In this document: positions 7,394 through 15,562 of the stretch, piece by piece
How the letters are laid out: every line of letters starts with the position of its first letter
Numbering within the stretch: position 1 is the stretch's first letter
NCBI GenBank assembly: GCA_900322105.1
Contig: ONYV01000012.1
Location: forward strand, 1,726-29,446
DNA: 27,721 bases
Origin: an uncultured Eubacteriales bacterium
Lineage (GTDB): Bacteria > Bacillota > Clostridia > Oscillospirales > Acutalibacteraceae
Reading direction: 5' to 3'
Translations under genes and position numbers: made by a program
The notes under the pieces: model-generated
Told to the model about the DNA's origin: nothing
Database searches by the model: none
Seen by the model: only the letters and a program-made list of their open reading frames with translations

Positions 7394-8875
7394 TTATTTC
7401 TTCAGCTCTATGCGGAAGGTGCTTCCTTTTCCAAGCTCACTTTCCACAAGACATTTTCCCTGATGCAGCTGTACGATGCGGCTGACGATCGCCAGTCCAA
7501 GCCCCGAAACGCCTTTTCCACTGCGCTGGCGTGAGGTATAGTACCGCTCAAAGATACGCTCCGCCTCCTCTTTGGAAATACCGTTCCCGTAATCCGTCAC
7601 GTCGATCATGATACGCTCCTTTTCCGTATACAGCGCCACTTTGACAGTCTTACTATCGCCTGTATGACGCACTGCGTTGTCCATCAGGTTGTAGACAGCA
7701 CGCTCTAACAGTCCTGCATCTCCCGAAACAGTGATATCTTTGCCGATCTTTCGCTCAACGTGCAGCCCGTCAGGCTTATAAAGTGTTTCAAACGTATCAG
7801 CGATACGCTCCATCATACTGCTGAGATCTACCGTTTCAAATTCTTTTCTGCCGCCTTCCGTTTGCAGTTCGGAGTATTCCAGTATCTCGTTGACAAGGCT
7901 TGTCAGTCGGTCTGCCTCCTTGATGATGACGGACAAATCAGACTTGCACTGTTCTTCGTCATTCCACGAGATATCCTGTATCATCTCTGCATAGCCTTTG
8001 ATCATCGTCAGCGGCGTTCTCAGATCATGCGAAACGTTCGCTAACAGTTCCATCTGAAAATCCTTTGCCCTGAGCAGTTTTTCGTTGGTGGTATCGAGCG
8101 CGCCGTTCAGTTCGTCCAGTTCCGAACAGAAGCCTTTTTCAAACTCTGTGCGATAGCTGCTCTCTCCTAATTTTTTTGCTTTTTCCCGAAGATGATCGAC
8201 AGGTCTTGCAAAACGTTTTGCGATAAACCACGACAGCACAAACCCGATCAGCACCGACAGCACCGTCACCCACACAAGCTGCATACTGATGATCGCCACC
8301 GAAGGTCCCACTGTGTCTATGGCAGCGCTGACATACAGCACTGCCTTTTCGCTTTGTCCGTAATAGTCGATATAAGCGCCGTAAATATACAGGCTCTCCG
8401 TGCTGTACTCTGCGCGATGTTCTTCCGAACTTCTCAGCGTTGCGAGGAACTCATCATAATGCTGCGGCAGCACACGCAGATTCCCCGGTTTAACCATCAC
8501 GCCATCGGAAAACTGCGGCTTTTCGGGGAGCTGGTCAATATTATCACGAGGTTCCCATTCATCATTTTTACGCATTCTCTTATCAGGCTGATTGAACGCA
8601 TCCGAACTGTAAATGGTTTTGCCGTTCGTATCGGTAATGAATACCAATATATTGTTGTCGTGCGTCAGTTCATCAATCTGTTCGTTGATGTTGCTCTGAT
8701 CGCTGTGAGCAATAATGCGGTCTGCTACCTCTTTGGTGTTGTGTATCAGCATTGCATTATAAAAGCTCTGAAAAAAAACTGTTTGCAGCAGCCACAGTAC
8801 CGAAAAAATAATGGCGGTAAACAGCACAAAATACAGCCACAGTTTTGTTTTGAAGGACTTAGGTCTCGTTTTCAA
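7394..8875 (-). CDS. Sensor histidine kinase (TM-sensor-TM-HAMP-HisKA-HATPase)
   Basis: H-box NVSHDLRTPLT, N-box NLMDNA, G1 DYGNGI, G2 GLGLAI; two hydrophobic segments. Start proposed at TTG 8875 (LKTRPKSFKTKLW) after GAGGGG, overlapping the regulator's 3' end; the ORF-track start at 8974 is less likely. Confidence 0.9.
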   Translation of the reverse strand: MKTRPKSFKTKLWLYFVLFTAIIFSVLWLLQTVFFQSFYNAMLIHNTKEVADRIIAHSDQSNINEQIDELTHDNNILVFITDTNGKTIYSSDAFNQPDKRMRKNDEWEPRDNIDQLPEKPQFSDGVMVKPGNLRVLPQHYDEFLATLRSSEEHRAEYSTESLYIYGAYIDYYGQSEKAVLYVSAAIDTVGPSVAIISMQLVWVTVLSVLIGFVLSWFIAKRFARPVDHLREKAKKLGESSYRTEFEKGFCSELDELNGALDTTNEKLLRAKDFQMELLANVSHDLRTPLTMIKGYAEMIQDISWNDEEQCKSDLSVIIKEADRLTSLVNEILEYSELQTEGGRKEFETVDLSSMMERIADTFETLYKPDGLHVERKIGKDITVSGDAGLLERAVYNLMDNAVRHTGDSKTVKVALYTEKERIMIDVTDYGNGISKEEAERIFERYYTSRQRSGKGVSGLGLAIVSRIVQLHQGKCLVESELGKGSTFRIELKK

Positions 8876-9542
8876 ATTTATATCCCGCCCCTCTGATGGT
8901 ATGGATCGCATCTCTGTATCTGCCCAGCTTATTGCGCAGCAGCTTGATCTGCCAGTCGACCGTTCTGTCGTCACCGAAATAATCGTAACCCCATACCTTA
9001 TCCAGTATCTTATCTCTGGAAAGGACGATCCCTTTGTTTTGCATCAGATATAATAAGATACCGTATTCCTTAGCGGTCAATTCGGTTTTCTGTCCGTCTA
9101 CATAGACCTCATGTCCGAGCGGATCCAGTTCGATACCGCCGCAGACAAGGCGCTGTTCTTTGACAGCAGGACTTCCCTGATGACGGCGGATAATCACTTT
9201 CGCCCTTGCCATCAATTCTTTCGGAGAAAACGGTTTCGTGACATAATCATCTATGCCGACTTCAAATCCGAAGAGCTTGTCATATTCCGTACCGCGCGCC
9301 GAGAGCATCAGCACAGGGATATCCTTACTCTCATGTATCTTTTTACACGCTGTAAATCCGTCCGTATCGGGCATCATCACATCCATGATCACCAGATCAT
9401 AGTCCTTTTCACGACACAGCTCGATCGCCTCTCTTCCGTCAGACGCCTGCGTCACCTCATACCCTTCTCTTTCGGCATACCGCGCGATCAGCCGCACAAT
9501 ATCAGGCTCATCGTCACAAATCAATATCTTTGCCACCATCAT
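8859..9542 (-). CDS. OmpR/PhoB-family response regulator
   Basis: ILICDDE, MDVMMP phospho-acceptor, KPF, winged-helix C-terminus (LTAKEY...VWGYDY...TIRGAGY). AAGGAGG RBS. Confidence 0.95.
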   Translation of the reverse strand: MMVAKILICDDEPDIVRLIARYAEREGYEVTQASDGREAIELCREKDYDLVIMDVMMPDTDGFTACKKIHESKDIPVLMLSARGTEYDKLFGFEVGIDDYVTKPFSPKELMARAKVIIRRHQGSPAVKEQRLVCGGIELDPLGHEVYVDGQKTELTAKEYGILLYLMQNKGIVLSRDKILDKVWGYDYFGDDRTVDWQIKLLRNKLGRYRDAIHTIRGAGYKFENET

Positions 9543-9591
9543 TCCTCCTTCTTTCGGGATAATTCATTGTTTCATTTCGATTTTATGAAGA

Positions 9592-11100
9592 TCATGTGTC
9601 AGCATCATTTGCTTTTGCCTGCTGATAGAATGTGTTCAGCAGTTCCTTTGTCACAGAACCGTGACGGTTGAAGCACACCTTGCCGTCAGGGTCGATCACG
9701 ATCGTCTGCGGCATCGAAGACGTGCCGCCAACGGTCTTCCAGACAAGATCATCCTCCGTATCCACGGCAAACGGTATCGTCCAGCCCTTGTCAGAAAGGA
9801 AAGCGGAGATATCCTCTGTGATGATCGAGCTATGAACAGCGATCACCTCCACATCCTCCCGATGTTCACGGTACAGCGCATCGAACAGCGGCAGTTCCTG
9901 CACACACGGCGTACAGTAGGTACCCCAGAGGTTGATAAACACCACCTTGCCCTTCTGTTCCGAAAGCGTAAAGCGTTTTTGATCGAGTGTGATAACAGAA
10001 AAGTCCGCTAAATACTGCCCCGGCTCATATCCCGTGACGACTGTTTCCGAAACAGCACTGCTTTGCTGATTTGAAAGCTCTGCTTTCGTGTGATCCGCAG
10101 CAGGGTCGATGAAATTGAACCAGATCAGCGCAAATAATAGCAGCGCCAATGCCGCAGCGCCGACACACGTTTTGATTTTCTGCCGTTTTTTTCCACTCTG
10201 CAAAGATCGGTCTGCAAGGTCGCTTTTCGGCGGCAAGAGCGTGATCTTTCCTGCTTTCAGGGAGATCGCATCCTGAGCGCAGAAGTCCATACATTTTCCG
10301 CAGTGGATGCATTCATGGTCGCCGACGTGTCGGATATCCATGCTGCAATGCCGCACACAGTTTCCGCATCCGCTGCAGTGGCTTTTGTCGACCTTTACGC
10401 CAATGAGGGCAAAACGGTTGAAAAGACTATAGATCGCGCCGAGCGGACAAAGAAAACGGCAGAACGCACGATAGCAAAACACACACATCAGTCCGATCAC
10501 CAGCATGATAACGGCTTTTCCCGTAAACAATGCGCCAAGCATTCCATAGAATCCGTTATTCTTGATATTGGAGATCAGAGAAACTGCGCCTTCGAGCGTA
10601 CCCGCAGGACAGATATACTTGCAGAAAGACGGCAGCGGCAGATCGTGCCACAAACCGTACCACAGCGGAACAGCGATCACAAATACGGCAAGTATCACAT
10701 ATTTCAGATAGGACAGCGCCCGTGTCACACGGCTTTTCGGTATCTTGAAAGTCGGGATCTTGTGCAGCAGTTCCTGTATCAATCCCATCGGACAGAGCCA
10801 TCCGCAGATCGTCCTGCCGAAGATCAGACCATACAGCAGCATGATGCCGAACAGATAGAATCCTGCCCTTTTGCCCGATGCGGCAAGGGCATTTTGCAGC
10901 GCTCCGAGCGGACAAGACCCTACTGCTCCCGGACAGGAATAGCAGTTCAGCCCCGGAGTGCAGACGATCTTGGTTTTGCCCGTATAGATCTCACCTTCAA
11001 TAAACCCCCTGAGATGCGCATTAAACAGCAGCGCAGCATACAGTTGTATCAGGCGGCGTTTGAATGACCGCTTTTTTTTGATATCTTTCGATCGTTTCAT
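9592..11100 (-). CDS. Membrane 4Fe-4S polyferredoxin (NapH/FixG/NosR-like CxxxCP motifs) fused to a C-terminal TlpA-like thioredoxin domain
   Basis: CYSCP, CGWLCPMG, CKYICPAG, CRFLCPLG; two ferredoxin motifs CSGCGNC and CIHCGKC; TM helix; then NLWGTYCTPCVQELP...MPQTIVIDPDGKV. Start placed at ATG 11100, just after the upstream stop. Confidence 0.85.
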   Translation of the reverse strand: MKRSKDIKKKRSFKRRLIQLYAALLFNAHLRGFIEGEIYTGKTKIVCTPGLNCYSCPGAVGSCPLGALQNALAASGKRAGFYLFGIMLLYGLIFGRTICGWLCPMGLIQELLHKIPTFKIPKSRVTRALSYLKYVILAVFVIAVPLWYGLWHDLPLPSFCKYICPAGTLEGAVSLISNIKNNGFYGMLGALFTGKAVIMLVIGLMCVFCYRAFCRFLCPLGAIYSLFNRFALIGVKVDKSHCSGCGNCVRHCSMDIRHVGDHECIHCGKCMDFCAQDAISLKAGKITLLPPKSDLADRSLQSGKKRQKIKTCVGAAALALLLFALIWFNFIDPAADHTKAELSNQQSSAVSETVVTGYEPGQYLADFSVITLDQKRFTLSEQKGKVVFINLWGTYCTPCVQELPLFDALYREHREDVEVIAVHSSIITEDISAFLSDKGWTIPFAVDTEDDLVWKTVGGTSSMPQTIVIDPDGKVCFNRHGSVTKELLNTFYQQAKANDADT

Positions 11101-11101
11101 A

Positions 11102-11818
11102 TCATCCCAACCCAATACATTCTGTGCAGATCACGACTGCTTTGTTCAAAACATCCTGAGCGCTGCCGTTCATAATACCCATAACGATCAATACGACCGC
11201 TGTCAGCAGGATGCCCAGCCGCAGTATCATAACACCTTTTCCGGTCTTTCTGTTTTCGGATGTTTGCACCTTATTTTTGAGCGCTGTTTCATCCTGTATC
11301 TTTTGCCTGTCTGAACTTTTGATGATCTCTCTTGCCGCCTCTGTTTCACGCAAAATGCTTTTATCCCGCAGGATAAGACACACCGACAAAGCGCCGATCG
11401 AGATCAGCGTCCACGGCAGGATATGGCAAAGAAGAGTGAAAATCGTCTGCGACAGCCCTTTTGCATCCGCCGCTGCAAAATGCGACGGAATACAGAGATA
11501 GATCAGCACCGGAACCATACACAGTCCGAAGCAGCACCATCCGACCACGTGCAGTGTCCTTTGCACACGGCGTTCTTTCTCTATGAGCGGCGACGGCTCT
11601 TTGATCTTTTTGCAAAGCAGATCGCGCACTGTTTCCACGTCTTGAAAAGGTTTTTCCTTTATGCGGACAGACATCAGGACTGCGGCGACGGTGAGCGCAA
11701 AAGACAGCAATATCAGCGGCAGACAGTGAAACAGTGCGTTTGAAAGCGCCTGCGGCGTATAGATATCCGCCATCGGGTCAGTCTGTTTCAGAGCAAGTCC
11801 CGAACGCAGGATCATCAC
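11102..11818 (-). CDS. Multi-pass membrane protein ending in a CD1871A-like KAxxICxECIGLG motif (start uncertain)
   Basis: About four hydrophobic segments; C-terminus GIMNGSAQDVLNKAVVICTECIGLG. Family recognised from memory. The start may lie at 11873 if the A6 run contains an extra base. Confidence 0.7.
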   Translation of the reverse strand: MMILRSGLALKQTDPMADIYTPQALSNALFHCLPLILLSFALTVAAVLMSVRIKEKPFQDVETVRDLLCKKIKEPSPLIEKERRVQRTLHVVGWCCFGLCMVPVLIYLCIPSHFAAADAKGLSQTIFTLLCHILPWTLISIGALSVCLILRDKSILRETEAAREIIKSSDRQKIQDETALKNKVQTSENRKTGKGVMILRLGILLTAVVLIVMGIMNGSAQDVLNKAVVICTECIGLG

Positions 11819-12003
11819 TAAGTCCGTACACAGCAGCAGCGTGATCGCATTTTTTCAGTATCAGTCTGCACATAACACGATCATCCTGTACGTGACTCCG
11901 CACTGTGTCTTGAGGCAACACCGCACAAAGACCGCCTTGCGGCTTAGCGCCACATCTGCTTGCATATTTTCCGTCATCCTGCACAAAAATCCCTCGACAT
12001 ACG

Positions 12004-13461
12004 TCAGTATGCCTTCGGAATTTCTGTACAATCTGACGAAAAATCGTATTCATCGACACGCGCGCCGATGGTGGCTTCTGCGGCGATCTTTCCTTTGCTG
12101 TCGATATAGTATGTTGTCGGGTATGCCCGAAACGGCAGGATCCATTCCAAATTCTTCGGCGGCGTCAGGTTCAGATAATCACATCCTGCTGCGCTGAGGA
12201 GCGCTCTTGCTTTTGCCAAAGTTTCTTCGTCTGCCGCATCATAACAGATACCGATCAGCTGACAGCCCTTTGCTTCAAGATCCTTTGCTAATTTTGCAAG
12301 TTCGGGCAGCTCATTTTTACACGGTCCGCACCATGTCGCCCAGATATTGACCAGCGTCAGCTTATTCTTTGCAAACAGCTCGGCAACAGAAACCTGAACG
12401 CCGTCAAGATCGGTCGTTTCAAAGGCGCTGACCGTTTTTCCGCTGTTCAGATCAGCCGATGCGCCCGATTCAGGCTCGAAAAATTCAAAGCAGGAAAGCA
12501 TCCCGTCCCTGTTGTTTCTGACAGTCTGATACTCATCATAAAACGATCCCATCGACTTTTGAAGTGTCTGCTCCTGTTCTGCACTGCGGCACTGAACAAA
12601 ATAAAAATCCGTATTTCCCTTGGAATCTGCTTTTGAGAAATACTCGACTTCTCCTGCGCTGTAGTATTCGTTTGTCACAAAATCACGTACTTCCTTGGGA
12701 GAAACGCTGTTGTCCACAATAAAAACACTGCACACCTCTCCGCCAAGTTCTCTCCAATTTTCCCATGCCTCCACAGGCGGCTTTGGCAGATCCTGACCGG
12801 CATAATAGGCTTGTGTCCATGCGTTGACATATTCGGCAAAACTGCTCCACTGCTCTTTTGCAACGGCATAATAGCTCACTTCAAACACCTTGATAGCAGG
12901 ATCGCTCTCCTTGACTGTCTGCGCGCCAAAATTCAGAGAACCCGAAAGCGCCGTGTCAAAAGCATCGTTTTTCGTGAACTTGATGCCGAACTCTTTTGCC
13001 GTCACCGTTCTTGCGCTGTCATCGTCTGTATTGCTTTCCTCAGACTGCGGCGCCATATCCGACAGTATGATCTCCATTTCACCTGCTGTTTTTGGCGCAG
13101 TATATTCTTTTTCATCCTCTGCATAGCCTTCGGGTACTTTGAGAATATGTACTTTATAGTCGCCGTCAGGATAAGCAAAACCTGCCATTCCGTTTTCATC
13201 CGTCTTCTCCACCGTGCATTCGCCGTCCGAACAAAACTGTACCGTTACGCCCTTGACTGCCACTCCTGCCGGGTTTTTGACGACGACACGATATCCTTTC
13301 GTCATAACGGAAGGTTCTGTCATGGAAGTTCCGTCAGCGCCCGAAACTGCCGTATCATTTTTTGCTGCATCCGATGCCGTACCGTCCGTTTTACTGCCGC
13401 ATCCTGCCAGCAAAGCCACACACAACAGCATGGATATCAGCCCGCAAGTCCAACGTTTCAT
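12004..13461 (-). CDS. Lipoprotein with C-terminal TlpA-family thioredoxin domain
   Basis: Lipobox LLAGC; beta-sandwich-like segment (VTVQFCSDGECTVEKTDENG); uncharacterised middle; TLVNIWATWCGPCKNELP...AYPTTYYIDSKG. AAGGAG RBS. Confidence 0.88.
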   Translation of the reverse strand: MKRWTCGLISMLLCVALLAGCGSKTDGTASDAAKNDTAVSGADGTSMTEPSVMTKGYRVVVKNPAGVAVKGVTVQFCSDGECTVEKTDENGMAGFAYPDGDYKVHILKVPEGYAEDEKEYTAPKTAGEMEIILSDMAPQSEESNTDDDSARTVTAKEFGIKFTKNDAFDTALSGSLNFGAQTVKESDPAIKVFEVSYYAVAKEQWSSFAEYVNAWTQAYYAGQDLPKPPVEAWENWRELGGEVCSVFIVDNSVSPKEVRDFVTNEYYSAGEVEYFSKADSKGNTDFYFVQCRSAEQEQTLQKSMGSFYDEYQTVRNNRDGMLSCFEFFEPESGASADLNSGKTVSAFETTDLDGVQVSVAELFAKNKLTLVNIWATWCGPCKNELPELAKLAKDLEAKGCQLIGICYDAADEETLAKARALLSAAGCDYLNLTPPKNLEWILPFRAYPTTYYIDSKGKIAAEATIGARVDEYDFSSDCTEIPKAY

Positions 13462-13504
13462 TGTGTTTCACTCCTTTTGATGATATGAGGAACTCTCTTT
13501 GAAT

Positions 13505-13533
13505 ATCATACCTGTTTTTCTCTTCTCCGTCAA
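13505..13533 (-). promoter_or_regulatory. sigmaA-type promoter of the thiol-redox operon
   Basis: Minus strand TTGACG (13533-13528), 17-nt spacer, TATGAT (13510-13505). Confidence 0.7.
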
Positions 13534-13573
13534 GTGAGCCTGACGGACTTTCCGCAAAAGTCCGCTTACTATC

Positions 13574-13629
13574 AAAAATGCTTGAAAGTGACCTTTCCAT
13601 TGTGGGTAGAAAAGTCACTTTCAAGCATT
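13574..13629 (-). terminator. Long-stem terminator closing the Ter operon
   Basis: Perfect 16-bp inverted repeat AATGCTTGAAAGTGAC (13577-13592) / GTCACTTTCAAGCATT (13614-13629); A5 at 13574-13578 gives the U tract on the minus strand. Confidence 0.7.
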
Positions 13630-13640
13630 CACCATGATAT

Positions 13641-13664
13641 TTTTATATACTGTTTTATATACTG
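13641..13664. repeat. Exact 12-bp tandem duplication
   Basis: TTTTATATACTG at 13641-13652 and 13653-13664. Confidence 0.9.
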
Positions 13665-13715
13665 CTTAACTGTCACTGAATGGTTTGTCTGACATAACTT
13701 CGTTCTTCGCCTGTA

Positions 13716-14513
13716 CTATATAATAGGTATTTTTCTTGAGAGAATGCGGCATATTTCATCCGAAAAAAAGCCACTGACAGCATATCCCTGTTTGTTCTGC
13801 GGCATATAACCCGAAAGTGCGTCAGGATAGATCGAAATATCCGTTTCCTGCAGCATACTCAGATCAAAGCTGCTGTCCCCTGATGAGATCGTCCTGATAT
13901 CGCCCGTACCGACATTTTCTTCCCGAAGAAAAGACAAAAAGCGTTTCACTGCCGTCCCTTTAGACAGGATCGCAGGGAAGCAGTGCAGCTTGCTGCCGCT
14001 GTAAAAGACTTGAATGCCGTGCGGCGCAAAGGTCTTTTCTAAGTATTGAAAAAATGCAGGATCGTTTTCAGTTCGGGCGTATACCATATAAGTATCGTTT
14101 CGGTGAAGATGTTCCCTGCCTAAATGCTCCTGCATCACTTCATAGACCTTTTCTAAATGCGCTGCGGCAGGTTCGATCATTTTAAGCGTATCCCGTGTCC
14201 ACTGTTCGTTTTCTTCTCCGTTTTTCAGCAGCACAGCGCCGTTTGCGATCAGCGCATAAGAGTAAGACAGCTTTTCACGCAGCAGAAAGATCCGCTCATA
14301 CTGTTCACGATTTCTCGTGGTCAGCGGTACAAACAAATGTCCCTGACGTTCCGAAAAGCGCCGCAGGAATTGCAGCGTTAATTCTGTCATATAGCTTTGT
14401 TCCCTGCCCTGATAGTATTCTGCAAGGAGCTTTGGGGACGGGATCTCATGACGGTGTGAAAAGATGAGTGTATTGTCAAGATCGGTAAACCAGATGTTCA
14501 AGTTCTTCATCAT
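13716..14513 (-). CDS. HAD-superfamily phosphatase (Ter-associated type)
   Basis: FTDLDNTL (DxDxT), TTR, SKGTA, GDSSFDLSML. ATGA overlap with the upstream gene. Confidence 0.88.
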   Translation of the reverse strand: MMKNLNIWFTDLDNTLIFSHRHEIPSPKLLAEYYQGREQSYMTELTLQFLRRFSERQGHLFVPLTTRNREQYERIFLLREKLSYSYALIANGAVLLKNGEENEQWTRDTLKMIEPAAAHLEKVYEVMQEHLGREHLHRNDTYMVYARTENDPAFFQYLEKTFAPHGIQVFYSGSKLHCFPAILSKGTAVKRFLSFLREENVGTGDIRTISSGDSSFDLSMLQETDISIYPDALSGYMPQNKQGYAVSGFFSDEICRILSRKIPII

Positions 14514-15559
14514 GTATCAGCTAACCTTCGTATCAGTCCGCAGGCTTTATAGTGCTTGAAAGGATATATCTCCAGCTCTACCTGTTTTTCTTTGGCTAAC
14601 TGATAGATATGTCCTAAATAGCGGTCATCATCAAAGCTGTGGACTAAGATTTTCCACGGTATTCTTCGGAGCAGCACTCTGGTCGCTTCACCACTACCCG
14701 GTTTGATAAAGTTGATATCTGAGATCTGATACTGCTCCTTGATATTTTGTATTTCCTCTTGCGGCAGGAGATTCGTCTCAAACTGAGGACTGAACGCATA
14801 ATCACAGCCGAACTGTGCTTCCACTGCTGACAAAAAGGTTTCTGTCAGGTCGTCCTGCTCAAACTCCCGATAGTACGCAGCACCGTGAAAGTCATTTTCT
14901 CCGATGATATCAAAACGATAGAACGTTCTGCTAATCAGTCCTGAGACCGTCGCATTCAAACACGAACTCGGGATCAGAAAATCTTCATGCGTACCGCAGA
15001 TCCCTGCTGCATAGGCAGGATCAGACAGCACCGCTACGGTATCGTCCACTCCGGGAAAATCCTTCATTGCTTCTTTCAGCTGATTCTGTATAGCGCCCTT
15101 TCCTGTCCAGCCGTCCACAAACTGTATCTGCTCTTTTTGATGGCGGCTCAGGATGTAATTCATAGCATTTTTGTCGATACCCTTGCCTCTGATGATGGAG
15201 ATCGTATAGTGCAGGATATCGAGTCCGTATGTTTGCCTGAAATACCGTTTCAGCAGCACACCGACAGGTGTACCTGCCCTTGCCAGCGACACCAGCACAA
15301 CATTTTCTCCTTTCTTTCGGAGAATGTTCTCACAAAGAAGCTGCACCGCTTTCGCTGTCGGCGCAGCATATAGCGTCAGCGCTTTCAAAAACGTTTCCCG
15401 ATACTCTTTGCTTGGCAAATGTTCTTTCGGCAGCATTTCCGAATAATGCACGCCCGACTGTATTCTCTTTTCTCTTTCGCTGTTTTCCAGCGGTTCGACC
15501 ATACCGCTGATATCTTTCAGCAGCAATATCACTTCGTCTTTTTTATAACTGCTCTGCAT
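14510..15559 (-). CDS. StiP-like/PRTase-fold protein with C-terminal PELOTA-like domain (Ter-associated)
   Basis: LVSLARAGTPVG, FVDGWTGKGAI, DFLIPSSCLNATVSGLISRT, IKPGSGEATRVLLRRIPW; recognised by motif and operon context. Confidence 0.8.
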   Translation of the reverse strand: MQSSYKKDEVILLLKDISGMVEPLENSEREKRIQSGVHYSEMLPKEHLPSKEYRETFLKALTLYAAPTAKAVQLLCENILRKKGENVVLVSLARAGTPVGVLLKRYFRQTYGLDILHYTISIIRGKGIDKNAMNYILSRHQKEQIQFVDGWTGKGAIQNQLKEAMKDFPGVDDTVAVLSDPAYAAGICGTHEDFLIPSSCLNATVSGLISRTFYRFDIIGENDFHGAAYYREFEQDDLTETFLSAVEAQFGCDYAFSPQFETNLLPQEEIQNIKEQYQISDINFIKPGSGEATRVLLRRIPWKILVHSFDDDRYLGHIYQLAKEKQVELEIYPFKHYKACGLIRRLADT

Positions 15560-15562
15560 GGC

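Noticed and set aside
8192-11743. Long plus-strand ORFs (234, 186, 254 aa and others) opposite the kinase, regulator and polyferredoxin genes
   Set aside because: No motifs, RBS or promoter; consistent with antisense shadows of the minus-strand operon.
11920-11975. GGAAAA...CTAAGCC-GCAA-GGC resembling part of a c-di-GMP-I riboswitch
   Set aside because: The conserved GACGCAAAGC segment and P1/P2 pairing are missing; only a 3-bp GNRA hairpin remains.
11942-12000. Mini-frame MSRDFCAG-UGA-RKICKQMWR, giving a CxxU-like motif inside a redox operon
   Set aside because: Only 18 codons, no RBS, no recognisable SECIS at the expected distance and no sel genes in the window; most likely chance.
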